A stretch of DNA of 64,000 bases from assembly GCA_963789225.1 (NCBI GenBank), contig CAWBKD010000005.1, positions 223,641 through 287,640 of the forward strand, in the 5' to 3' direction. Made by a program: the position numbers and the translations under genes. Below are positions 7,741 to 17,017 of this stretch, one piece after another. The notes under the pieces are model-generated. The model had not been told where the DNA came from and did not search any database. It was given only the letters and a program-made list of their open reading frames with translations. The stretch comes from an uncultured Actinomycetes bacterium. GTDB taxonomy: Bacteria; Actinomycetota; Actinomycetes; Streptosporangiales; Streptosporangiaceae. Each line of letters begins with the position of its first letter. Positions within the stretch are counted from its first letter, which is position 1.

Positions 7741-9672
7741 ATGGGTAGCTATCCGGAGGAACGGGTCAAGGCCACGAAGACTCACGCCCGCGCGCCTGGC
7801 CTCGATGGGGTCCGGGCGCTGGCCGTGCTCGCTGTCATGGGTTTCCACGCCGGCGTATCGGAGCTTTCGGGCGGCTTCCTCGGCGTTGACATCTTCTTCG
7901 TGCTAAGCGGATTCCTGATCACGGACCTGCTGGTCGTTCAGTACGATCGGCTCGGCCGACTGGACCTGAAGGGTTTCTGGGCCCGGCGGGCCAGACGCCT
8001 GCTGCCGCCGCTGGCCGTGATGCTGGTCGTCGTCACCGCGGCGGCGACCGTGATCGAACCGAGCCAGGAAAGCTCGTTGCGCCTGGCCCTGCTGGCCGCG
8101 GCTACGTACACCAGCAACTGGTACCAGATCGCGCATCACGTTTCGTATTTCGCATCGCTTGGGCCCATGCCGCCACTTGATCATCTGTGGTCACTGGCCA
8201 TCGAGGAGCAGTTCTACCTGATCTGGCCTCTCCTCCTGTGGTTTCTCATTCTCAGGCTGCCTACACGGCGTGCGCGGATCATAGCCACGTTGCTTGGTGC
8301 GGCGCTGTCGGCGCTGGCCATGGCGCTGGAGTACACGCCGGGCGGCAACCCGTCGGCGGTCTACTACGGTACGTACACGCACGCGTCCGCGCTGCTGATC
8401 GGGTCCGCGCTCGCCCTGGCCTATCCGCTGGCCACCCTGTCCTCTACCTCGGCCAACCTGACCAGGCGCCTGGACGCCGTGGGCGTCGCCGGACTCGCCG
8501 TCCTGGCGTGGGCCATCGGGCACTTCTCCGGAAGCGACCCCGCGGTCTACCCGTTCGGCCTGATCCTGGCCGCGGTGGGTGCGGCAGGCCTGGTCGCCGC
8601 AGCCGCCAGCAACGGCCTGATCTCGGCGATGACCAGCCTGCGGCCCTTGCGCTGGCTGGGAATCCGGTCCTACGCGATGTACCTGTGGCACTGGCCGGTG
8701 ATCGCATTGACCGGTGCCGTGGCCGGCCAGGCTGCCTCCTCGCCGTGGCTGTGGGTCCTCGAGGCGGCCCTGACGATCGGGCTGGCCGCCCTGTCATGGC
8801 AGTTCATCGAGGGGCCTATCTTGCAGAACGGCTTCCGCGTGACCTGCCGTCATTGGATCCGGCTGCTCACCAGCGCGGACGCTAAGCTTGCGCGCAGGCG
8901 CTGGGACGTCATGCCGACGGCCGTGGCTGCAGCCACGCTAATCGCTGTCGTCTTCGCCAGCTACGGCATCGCCCGGCCACCGGCGCCGGTGGCTCCCGCT
9001 GGCCTGCTACGGCAAGTCGCCGAGGGCGAACGGGTTGGCGCGGCCTCGCAGGCAACGCAGCCGCCGCAGCCTATGCCGACGGCCTCGCAGCCCAGCGCAT
9101 CTTCTACGCCCACCTTGGCGTGTCACGTCGGCGGCGGGTCACCAGCCGTCTCAGGCTGGCAGGTCACTGCGGTCGGCGACTCCGTCATGGTCGCGTCGGC
9201 CGCCGCTCTGCACACGGCCATGCCAGGCATCTATATCGACGCACAGGTGGGTCGGCAGATGGCGACCGGGCTGGCAATCATACGGAGCCTGGCCGCCAGG
9301 CACCGGCTCCGCCATATCGTCATCGTCGGACTCGGCACCAACGGCGACATCACCTCCGCGCAGATGCGCCAGCTGCGCCGTGCCATCGGGTCCAACCGCG
9401 ACCTGATCCTGGTCAACACCTTCGGGCCGATGCAGTGGGAATCCGAGGTCAACGCGGTGATCGCCTACGCTGTCCGGCATACGTCCCACGCGGAACTCGC
9501 CAACTGGAACCAGGCGATCAGGCACCATACCAACCTGCTCTGGCCGGACGGCATCCATCCGCAGCCATCGGGCGCCCGGCTCTACGCACGCGTCGTGCTC
9601 GCGGCGGTGCGGGCAGACCTGTCGCGCAGTCAACCGCCATCGTGCCCGGGACCAACCCACTTCGTCCGGTAG
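7741..9672 (+). CDS. acyltransferase family 3 (OafA/YrhL-like) membrane protein with C-terminal SGNH domain
   Basis: ORF 7696..9672, ATG 7741. It has GLDGVRALAVLAVMGFHAGVSELSGGFLGVDIFFVLSGFLITDLL and HLWSLAIEEQFYLIWPLL motifs, ~10 TM helices, then an SGNH-like tail (VTAVGDSVMV...VIVGLGTNGD...DGIHPQP). Confidence 0.88.
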   Translation: MGSYPEERVKATKTHARAPGLDGVRALAVLAVMGFHAGVSELSGGFLGVDIFFVLSGFLITDLLVVQYDRLGRLDLKGFWARRARRLLPPLAVMLVVVTAAATVIEPSQESSLRLALLAAATYTSNWYQIAHHVSYFASLGPMPPLDHLWSLAIEEQFYLIWPLLLWFLILRLPTRRARIIATLLGAALSALAMALEYTPGGNPSAVYYGTYTHASALLIGSALALAYPLATLSSTSANLTRRLDAVGVAGLAVLAWAIGHFSGSDPAVYPFGLILAAVGAAGLVAAAASNGLISAMTSLRPLRWLGIRSYAMYLWHWPVIALTGAVAGQAASSPWLWVLEAALTIGLAALSWQFIEGPILQNGFRVTCRHWIRLLTSADAKLARRRWDVMPTAVAAATLIAVVFASYGIARPPAPVAPAGLLRQVAEGERVGAASQATQPPQPMPTASQPSASSTPTLACHVGGGSPAVSGWQVTAVGDSVMVASAAALHTAMPGIYIDAQVGRQMATGLAIIRSLAARHRLRHIVIVGLGTNGDITSAQMRQLRRAIGSNRDLILVNTFGPMQWESEVNAVIAYAVRHTSHAELANWNQAIRHHTNLLWPDGIHPQPSGARLYARVVLAAVRADLSRSQPPSCPGPTHFVR

Positions 9673-9782
9673 TACTGCTCCCCTTATTTTAGATCTGCGG
9701 CGCCCAGCGTCAAACTGCTGGATGGGCCCTCCCGCCGTCTCAGGATCGAACTCACGCCCCGAGGCAGGCCCGCGGGCACCCG

Positions 9783-10358
9783 TCAGCACGTGTTCTGCGG
9801 CAGTTCCCCTGGTCCCGTATCCCGCGCCGTGGCGTCGTGGACGAGGAGCGGTGTGGTCCCGGCGACGCCATGGTACGCGTCGCCGTTGGCCAGTTGAGCG
9901 ACCATGTAGAAGTCGTTCGTGCGGTCCCGCATCCGGCCGTCGTACTCAGTGGTGCCGTTGGGGACCTGACGGTTTTCCAGTTCGGCGGCCTCAGTCGGCC
10001 GGTCCTTGCCCTTCAGACGGTCTTCTAGGCCGACCAGGTGGCGTTCCGGGTCTTCAGTCTCGGTGCGGCGCATCGCTGGGGTGAACGTTTCGCGTTCGAG
10101 TTTTTCCATTCGGGCATAGCCGCGGCCGATGGCGTTCTGCCGGTAGGCGGCGTCGACGGCAGCGCGGTAAGCTGCGGTCCGGTCCACACGCAAGGCCGAT
10201 TCCAGAGAGACACGAGATGAGTCGTGGGGACCGTCACCACCGACTGCCTTGCCTTGGTCCTTGCCAGCGGCGTCCGGATCCTCGGGGGCCGACCGGACAC
10301 GGCGGGCCATATCGGCGCTGCCGGGCACGTCGGCCAGGTCTGACCGATCGATCCGCAC
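9783..10358 (-). CDS. hypothetical protein (atypical codon usage; possibly a gene remnant)
   Basis: 191-aa ORF with GTG start. It is coding-like, but with many GAA/ACT/CGT codons compared with core genes. It ends ...AYHGVAGTTPLLVHDATARD. There are no TM helices and no confident family match. Confidence 0.5.
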   Translation of the reverse strand: MRIDRSDLADVPGSADMARRVRSAPEDPDAAGKDQGKAVGGDGPHDSSRVSLESALRVDRTAAYRAAVDAAYRQNAIGRGYARMEKLERETFTPAMRRTETEDPERHLVGLEDRLKGKDRPTEAAELENRQVPNGTTEYDGRMRDRTNDFYMVAQLANGDAYHGVAGTTPLLVHDATARDTGPGELPQNTC

Positions 10359-10660
10359 GCGTCACCCACCTAGCGGCAGCAGGCCAGTATCGAATGTCCT
10401 CCTAGGAAACGGCCGGATACTGGCCGCGGTTCACCGCGGCCACGGCAAGCTCTTCCAATTCAGCAGGCCTCAGATCATGCTCCGGACGGTTAGCCTTCTC
10501 TCCGCCCAAGGCGCGTATCACTCAATGTGAACAATTGCAGTACAGATGAAGCTGAATTTGAGAAATTGGCCAAGTCAGATGAGAACCTTCAAGGCTCACG
10601 GTGTCGCATACGACATCCGTGGTGAGATTACGGCGCACAGCGTGAGACCCTACTGGTGCG

Positions 10661-12009
10661 CTACCCGCGGGCCATGTCCGCAAAGCGGCTGTAATGACCC
10701 TGAAACGCCACGGTCACGACGGTAGTCGGGCCGTTCCTGTTCTTGGCCACGATGAGGTCCGCCTCACCAGCTCGCGCCGACTCCTTCTCGTACAGGTCTT
10801 CCCGGTGCAGGAGTATGACTATGTTCGAGTCCTGCTCTATGCTGCCCGACTCACGCAAATCGGACAATAGGGGCTTCTTGTCGGTGCGCTGTTCGGGGCC
10901 TCGGTTCAGCTGGGATAGCGCGACCACGGGGACGTCCAGTTCCTTGGCGAGCAGCTTGAGGGAGCGGGACATCTCCGAGACTTCCTGCTGGCGGTTCTCG
11001 ACCCGCTTGGGCGACGACATCAGCTGCAGGTAGTCGACGATGACGAATTTGAGGTCGTGCCGCATCTTGAGCCGACGGCACTTGGCCCTGATCTCCATCA
11101 TCGACATGTTGGGTGAGTCATCGATGTACAGCGGCGCATCGGCGACCTCGCTCATCCGCCTCGCCAGCCGGGCCCAGTCGTCATCGTTCATCTGGCCGGT
11201 GCGCATCGTCTGTAGCGGCACCCGGGACTCGGCCGACAGCAGCCGCATCGTGATCTCGTTCCGCCCCATCTCCAGGCTGAACAACACCGTAGCGATGCCG
11301 TTCTTTATGCTCGCGGTGCGAGCAAAGTCTAGTGCCAGGGTAGACTTGCCGGCGCCAGGTCGCGCTGCTATGACTATCATCTGGCCGGGGTGGAGGCCGT
11401 TGGTGAGGGCGTCCAGGTCGGCGAAGCCGGTGGGGACGCCGGTGAAGTGGTTGCCGCGGCTGCTGATCGACTCGATCTCGTCGAGGGCCCCGGGCATGAT
11501 CTCGGACAGGGAGTGGTAATCCTCGCCTGAACGGCGCTCGGTGACCGCGTACACCTCGGCCTGGGCCCGGTCCACGAGCTCGTCGGCCTCGGCGTCGCCC
11601 GCGTAGCCGAACTGCACGATCCTGGTGCCGGCCTCGACCAGGCGCCGGAGGATCGCGCGCTCCCTGACGATGCGGGCGTAGTAGCCGGCGTTGGCGGCGG
11701 TCGGCACGGAGGCGATGAGCGTGTGCAGGTAGGGTCCGCCGCCGACCCGGGCGATCTCGCCGCGCCTGGCGAGCTCGTTGGCGACGGTGATGGCATCGGC
11801 CGGCTCCCCCGGCCGTACAGGTCGAGGATCGCCTCGTGGATCAGCTGGTGAGCCGGCCGGTAGTGGTCGGCGGGGCGGATCACCTCGATCACGTCCGAGA
11901 TGGCGTCCTTCGAGAGGAGCATGCCGCCGAGGGCGCACTGTTCCGCAGCAACGTCGTGCGGTGGGGTCCGCTCGAAGTCGTCGTTCCGCGGTATCTCGGC
12001 GACGCTCAC
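10661..12009 (-). CDS. dnaB: replicative DNA helicase DnaB, interrupted by an apparent 1-nt frameshift at 11806-11810
   Basis: The N-terminal 68 aa come from ORF 11377..12009 (MSVAEIPRNDDFERTPPHDVAAEQCALGGMLLSKDAISDV...ILDLYGRG). The rest comes from ORF 10661..12229 (EPADAITVANELARRGE...; Walker A ARPGAGKST; DYLQLM; SQLNRGPEQR; KNRNGPT). The two frames meet at a C5/G5 run. No intein is present. Confidence 0.93.
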
Positions 12010-12141
12010 GCGACCCTCCTCCCCCCTGCGAGTGAACGAGGCACGAACGCCCTCCTGCCTCCGCCTGACTCTGTTCTAGCCGATAGCTCTGACATTTTGC
12101 CGGCCCTCGGCCCACCGCACCACTCGCCCGGTGGACGGTGG

Positions 12142-12347
12142 TGTGGACAAGGTGTGCAAACACGCCGACTACGTTGTGCGCAGCCTGGGGAAATAGCTGT
12201 GGAAATGGCCAGAGTAAATACCGTGACACGCCATCTAGCTGCGTTAATGAGATCCACTAGCTGTGCGGAAGAAAAACTTGGCGGCGATTTTCTGGCGGAA
12301 AATCCACAGCCGCTATCCACAATGCTGTGGTTACAGGCTGTGGATAA
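12142..12347. promoter_or_regulatory. DnaA-box cluster in the dnaB upstream region
   Basis: Boxes found: tgtggacaa 12142-12150 (TTGTCCACA on the minus strand), CTATCCACA 12313-12321, and tgtggataa 12339-12347 (TTATCCACA on the minus strand). Weaker 2-mismatch boxes lie at 12198-12206, 12300-12308 and 12326-12334. Confidence 0.55.
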
Positions 12348-12399
12348 CGGCTGTGCGAAAGTGGACCCGCGAAGGGTGGGGGGCTGCTATCCTTCGACG

Positions 12400-12585
12400 G
12401 TGTGTTCGAGTGACCAGTCCGCGCTCGGGCGGCTCATGGAGGCCATCGAGCAGCTCGAGGCCGACCGCACGGCGGCGGAATCCGCCGACCTGGAGGCGCG
12501 GATCGCCGCCGTCTGGTCGATGATCAGCGACATCGATCCGGAACTGGCCCGGCTAGCGTCCGGCTACCACCGGACCAGCGACTAG
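12400..12585 (+). CDS. small hypothetical protein (61 aa from GTG 12400, or 49 aa from ATG 12436)
   Basis: This is the tail of ORF 11836..12585: (VCSSDQSALGRL)MEAIEQLEADRTAAESADLEARIAAVWSMISDIDPELARLASGYHRTSD. The G+C bias at codon position 3 is strong. The stop overlaps the rplI stop in a shared CTAG. Confidence 0.4.
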   Translation: MCSSDQSALGRLMEAIEQLEADRTAAESADLEARIAAVWSMISDIDPELARLASGYHRTSD

Positions 12586-13028
12586 CTGGCGGAAATCTCG
12601 ATGTCGACCGAGGCGCTGACCTCGGGGTGCAGCCTGACGCGGACCTGGTGCGAGCCGACGGTCTTGATCGGGTCGCGCACCTCGATCCGGCGCCGGTCGA
12701 GCTCGGGGCCTCCGGCCTCGCGCACGGCGGCGGCGATGTCGGAAGGCCCGACCGAGCCGAACAGCCTGCCGCCTCCGCCGGCCCGGCGGCGCATCCGCAC
12801 GTGCAGGCCCTCAAGCTGCGCGGCGATCACCTTGGCGTCTGCCAGGCCGCGGATCTCCCTGGCCGACCTGGCCCGCTTGATCAGCTCGATCTGCTTTTCC
12901 GCGCCGCGGGTCCAGTTCATCGCGAGGCCGCGCGGGATCAGGTAGTTGCGCCCGTAGCCGCTCGCCACGTCGACGACGTCGCCGGGCTCGCCCAGGCCGC
13001 TCACCTCTTGGGTGAGGATGAGCTTCAT
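12582..13028 (-). CDS. rplI: 50S ribosomal protein L9
   Basis: MKLILTQEVSGLGEPGDVVDVASGYGRNYLIPRGLAMNWTRGAEKQ... from ATG 13028, inside the longer ORF 12582..13142. Confidence 0.95.
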   Translation of the reverse strand: MKLILTQEVSGLGEPGDVVDVASGYGRNYLIPRGLAMNWTRGAEKQIELIKRARSAREIRGLADAKVIAAQLEGLHVRMRRRAGGGGRLFGSVGPSDIAAAVREAGGPELDRRRIEVRDPIKTVGSHQVRVRLHPEVSASVDIEISAS

Positions 13029-13054
13029 CGGTGTACGACCCATGTGCCTGCCCC

Positions 13055-13291
13055 CTAGCGCGCCGTGCTCGTGTATGGCAGCAGCGCCACCTCGCGGGCG
13101 TTCTTTATCGCGGTCGCGATATCGCGCTGATGGCGGGTGCAATTGCCCGTCACTCGCCTGGCCCGGATTTTGCCGCGGTCAGAAATGTACTTGCGGAGCA
13201 GACCGGTGTCCTTGTAGTCGACATACGCGAGCTTCTCCTGGCAGAACACGCAGACCTTTTTCTTCGGCTTGCGTAGTGGTGGCTTGGCCAT
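13055..13291 (-). CDS. rpsR: 30S ribosomal protein S18
   Basis: [73 protein letters not shown]. Confidence 0.96.
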   Translation of the reverse strand: MAKPPLRKPKKKVCVFCQEKLAYVDYKDTGLLRKYISDRGKIRARRVTGNCTRHQRDIATAIKNAREVALLPYTSTAR

Positions 13292-13351
13292 CGTGGTGCT
13301 CCTTAGCAGAGCCCCGCTCGCAGCGGGGATGGTCGGTTTCTGGTTATCTGG

Positions 13352-13867
13352 CTAGAACGGTGGCTCGTCCGAGAACCCGCCCGGGCCGTCGGTCGCCCAT
13401 GGGTCAGCATCTTGCCCGTAGCCGCCCGAATCGCCCCGGCTGGACTGCCTGCCACCGGACGGCCCGCCCTGCCCGTACCCGCCGGCCTGGCCCCCGGTCC
13501 TGGCGACCCGGTTGACCTTCGCGGAGGCGTTGCGCAGGGAGGGGCCCACGTCGTCGACCTCGACCTCGTAGACGGTGCGCTTCTCGCCTTCCTTGGTCTC
13601 ATACGACCGCTGCCGCAGTCGGCCGGACACGATCACCCGCATCCCGCGAGTCAGGGACTCGGCGACGTTCTCCGCCGCCTGCCGCCACACGTTGCAGGTC
13701 AGGAACAGGCTGTCGCCGTCCTTCCACTCGCCGGTGGCGTTATCGCGGAACCGCGGCGTCGAGGCCACCCGGAACCGCGCCACCGGCTGGCCGGCCGGGG
13801 TAAAACGCAGCTCGGGGTCATCGACAAGGTTCCCCGCGATCGTGATCTGGGTGTCGCCTGCAGCCAT
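13352..13867 (-). CDS. ssb: single-stranded DNA-binding protein
   Basis: OB fold N-terminus ([31 protein letters not shown]...[19 protein letters not shown]), a Gly-rich linker, and an acidic tip DEPPF. Confidence 0.96.
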   Translation of the reverse strand: MAAGDTQITIAGNLVDDPELRFTPAGQPVARFRVASTPRFRDNATGEWKDGDSLFLTCNVWRQAAENVAESLTRGMRVIVSGRLRQRSYETKEGEKRTVYEVEVDDVGPSLRNASAKVNRVARTGGQAGGYGQGGPSGGRQSSRGDSGGYGQDADPWATDGPGGFSDEPPF

Positions 13868-13897
13868 CGGGATACTCCGGTTTGTCGCTAAATCTGC

Positions 13898-14191
13898 TCA
13901 GTGGCGGTGTTCTGGCCGCGTGACCTTGGTCCGCAGCACGGCCTCGTTCAGGTTGAGCTGGCGGTCGAGTTCCTGGACGACGGCCGGTTCGGCGGTCAGG
14001 TCCACGACGGCGTAGATGCCCTCTGACTTCTTCTCGATCTGGTACGCAAGGCGGCGCTTCCCCCAGATGTCCACCTTGTCGACCTTGCCGCCGCCGCCGG
14101 TCACGACCTTCAGGAACTGGTCAAGTGACGGCTGGACGGTGCGCTCCTCGAGGTTGGGGTCGAGGATGATCATTATCTCGTAATGGCGCAT
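13898..14191 (-). CDS. rpsF: 30S ribosomal protein S6
   Basis: [30 protein letters not shown]...[23 protein letters not shown] from ATG 14191. AGAGGAGG lies upstream. Confidence 0.95.
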   Translation of the reverse strand: MRHYEIMIILDPNLEERTVQPSLDQFLKVVTGGGGKVDKVDIWGKRRLAYQIEKKSEGIYAVVDLTAEPAVVQELDRQLNLNEAVLRTKVTRPEHRH

Positions 14192-14443
14192 GGGCGTCCT
14201 GAGCCTCCTCTGGACTAATGCGGCCACGGTCTTTCCGTGGCAGGAGGTGTCGCGGTCACGAGCCGACGCGTGGATCGGCCGGATTACCCGCAGCGGCGCC
14301 AGTGTACCAATACCATCGGTGTCCGCGGTAACCGGCGACCGCGGTCGCCGGCCGGGGCGGGACCTGTGGTATTCCTGTGTTCGGCACGGGGAAGACTGAG
14401 CGGTGAAGCGTATGCTCGCCCTGACATAAAGGAGGTGGTCACC

Positions 14444-14770
14444 GTGGCAGGCACCGTTCGGAGCGGCCCGCAGCAGAAGATCCTGAACTCTGACGGGCAG
14501 CGCCACCCGGTCGTGAACATCCTGACCATCTTCACGCTGGTGGTCGGGCTCGCGTCCTTCGTCCTGGGCATGATCGTCAGGAACGTGCCGAATCTCGTGG
14601 CCGCCGTGCACGTCATCGCGACCGGCACCGGGCTGGCCGCGATGCTGGTCGGGCTGTACGTGCAGATGATCTCGGCCACCAGGGAGCAGCGGGTCCTCAT
14701 CGTCACCGGCATCATCGCCGGGTTCGTCGGGCTCGCCCTCGGCCTGTCCAAGGGCGGCTTCGTCGGCTAG
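14444..14770 (+). CDS. small membrane protein (hypothetical)
   Basis: AAGGAGG lies 6 nt before GTG 14444. The 108-aa product has three hydrophobic helices ([60 protein letters not shown]). Confidence 0.65.
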   Translation: MAGTVRSGPQQKILNSDGQRHPVVNILTIFTLVVGLASFVLGMIVRNVPNLVAAVHVIATGTGLAAMLVGLYVQMISATREQRVLIVTGIIAGFVGLALGLSKGGFVG

Positions 14771-14795
14771 GCACCGCGCGAACTAGGCTCTGGGC

Positions 14796-15593
14796 ATGCC
14801 GCGCATCGGAGCCCACTTCCACGTTGACAACCCGCTGGCCGAGGCGACCGCTCTCGGAGTGGACGCCGCCCAGTTCTTCCTCGGCGATCCCCAGGGCTGG
14901 AAGGGGCCGGTCATACCCGGCGGCGACCCGGCCGCGGTCCGGGCCGCGTACGCCGCGGCCGGGATGGATATCTACATCCACGCGCCCTACGTGATCAACG
15001 TGGCGACCAGCAACAACCGGATCAGGATCCCCAGCAGGAAGCTGCTCGACCAGCAGCTCCAGGCGGCCGCGTCCATCGGGGCCAAGGGGCTGATCGTGCA
15101 CGGCGGTCATGTGCTCGCGGGCGTCGACCCCGAGGAGGGCTTCGAGAACTGGCGCAAGGCGGTGGAGCGGATCGAGCGCCCGCTGCCGATGCTCATCGAG
15201 AACACCGCAGGCGGTGACGGCGCGATGGCCAAGTCGCTCGACGCGATCGCCAGGCTATGGGAGGCGACGGCCGGCGCCGCGGGTGATGACGGGCACATCG
15301 GGTTCTGCCTGGACACCTGCCACGCGAACTCGGCCGGCATCGACCTCGCCGACGCGGTAGACCGGATCAAGGCCATCACCGGCCGGATCGACCTGGTGCA
15401 CTGCAACAACTCGCGCGATGAGTTCGGCTCCGGCCGGGACAGGCACGCCAACATCGCGACCGGGACGATCGACCCGGCCCTGCTATTGGCCGTCGTCCGC
15501 GCCGCCGGTGCGCCCGCGATCTGCGAGACACCCGAAGAAGACGGCGGCCTGGCCGCCGACATCAGCTGGCTGAAGCAGCATCTGCCTGCCTGA
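14796..15593 (+). CDS. nfo: deoxyribonuclease IV (endonuclease IV, AP endonuclease family 2)
   Basis: [10 protein letters not shown]...[12 protein letters not shown]...LIVHGGH...MLIENTAGG...[11 protein letters not shown]...[20 protein letters not shown], the metal-ligand pattern of Nfo. Confidence 0.9.
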   Translation: MPRIGAHFHVDNPLAEATALGVDAAQFFLGDPQGWKGPVIPGGDPAAVRAAYAAAGMDIYIHAPYVINVATSNNRIRIPSRKLLDQQLQAAASIGAKGLIVHGGHVLAGVDPEEGFENWRKAVERIERPLPMLIENTAGGDGAMAKSLDAIARLWEATAGAAGDDGHIGFCLDTCHANSAGIDLADAVDRIKAITGRIDLVHCNNSRDEFGSGRDRHANIATGTIDPALLLAVVRAAGAPAICETPEEDGGLAADISWLKQHLPA

Positions 15594-15608
15594 CACCAGG
15601 GCGACCCG

Positions 15609-17009
15609 TCAGGGCCGGAAGGTCACGCGGAGCCGGTGGACGTCGGGGGCGCCGTCGAGGACACCACCGGCCGGATCATCCGTACCGTCGACTCGCACCA
15701 CATCTCGTTCGGGATAACAGATATCCCGCACGACGTAGGCGGAAAGCAGCGCTACGGTGAGGAACCTGGCCAGGAGCGCGGCGAAGTACCAGCCGGTGCT
15801 GATGCCCTGATAGCCGGTCACCGCGTAGCCCTCGCTGCGGTACACGAACAGGAGATAGCCCCAGATGCCGAAGAAGTAGCCGACCTCGGCCAGCTGCCAT
15901 AGAACGTACGGCCACAGCCGCGGCCGGGCGAGGACGGCGAGCGGGACGAGCCAGAGGACGTACTGCGGCGACCACACCTTGTTCGTCATCAAGAACGCGG
16001 CCAGCATCAGGAAGCACAACTGCGGCAGCCGCGGCCGGCGGGGGGCGGCCAGCGCCAGCACGGCGATCGCCAGGAATGAGATGGCCAGGAAGAAGGCCGA
16101 CATCTGGTTCAGCGAGCCGAGCTGCGGGTTGCCGAGCACCGGCACGTTGAAATGCTCAAGGAGATACCAGATCGAACCCCAGTCGGCGCCGCGGTCCTTG
16201 CTGTAGGCGTAGAACCTCGCCCAGCCCGCCGGAGCGGCGATCAAGACCGGCACGTTAACCGCCAGCCAGGCAGCCGAGGCTGCGGCGAAGGTCTTCCAGA
16301 ACTCCCGCAGTTGCCCGGTCCGCAGGCACAGCAGGAGCAGCGGCCCGAAGACCACGAGCGGGTAGAACTTGGCTGCCACCGCCAGGCCGAGGAAGACGCC
16401 GGCCCAGACGCCGCGGCGCGCCGCCCAGGCCGCGATGCCCAGCGCGGTCAGGGCCAGCGCGATCATGTCCCAGTTGATGAACGCGGACAGGATCAGCGCC
16501 GGGGAAAACGCCACCATCAGCGCCTGCCAGCGCGCGCCCGGCCCGGCCGCGCGGGCGGTCGCGAGCACCCCCACCACCAGGCAGACGGCCAGCAGCGCGA
16601 CCGTGACGTCGAAGAACTCCCGGCCCCTGATCACCACGCTGACGTTCCTGACCAGCCAGGCCGCCGCCTGCATCGCCGCGCCGATCAGCACCGGGTACTC
16701 AACCGGGTGGCCGGTGTAGGGGACCTTTCCCGCCGCCAGCCCCTCGTTGTAGTACAGCGGGTAGATGTCGGTGTAGCAGGCGTCCTGGAACTGCTTGGGG
16801 TAGTAGTTCCAGGCCCCGGACCGGCACGGCGACTTCTCCGCGAACGCGAGCACCATGGCCACCACGGACGCGGAGGCGAGCACCGCGGTACTGCCGAGGG
16901 TTACCGCGAGCCCGGAGGGGCCCGAGCGGGCCAGGCGCTCTCGCCACGCCCAGGTGGTCACCTCGCGGTGGTCATCGGGCGGGAGAGCGCCCTGCTGGGC
17001 GTCTTCCAC
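15609..17009 (-). CDS. GT87/DUF2029 family polyprenol-dependent glycosyltransferase-like membrane protein
   Basis: CYTDIYPLYYNEGLAAGKVPYTGHPVEYPVLIG motif and >10 TM helices. The ORF extends to 17354, but that part overlaps the PBP gene. The first plausible starts are GTG 17009 or GTG 16961. Confidence 0.8.
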   Translation of the reverse strand: MEDAQQGALPPDDHREVTTWAWRERLARSGPSGLAVTLGSTAVLASASVVAMVLAFAEKSPCRSGAWNYYPKQFQDACYTDIYPLYYNEGLAAGKVPYTGHPVEYPVLIGAAMQAAAWLVRNVSVVIRGREFFDVTVALLAVCLVVGVLATARAAGPGARWQALMVAFSPALILSAFINWDMIALALTALGIAAWAARRGVWAGVFLGLAVAAKFYPLVVFGPLLLLCLRTGQLREFWKTFAAASAAWLAVNVPVLIAAPAGWARFYAYSKDRGADWGSIWYLLEHFNVPVLGNPQLGSLNQMSAFFLAISFLAIAVLALAAPRRPRLPQLCFLMLAAFLMTNKVWSPQYVLWLVPLAVLARPRLWPYVLWQLAEVGYFFGIWGYLLFVYRSEGYAVTGYQGISTGWYFAALLARFLTVALLSAYVVRDICYPERDVVRVDGTDDPAGGVLDGAPDVHRLRVTFRP

Positions 17010-17017
17010 GCTCCTAT

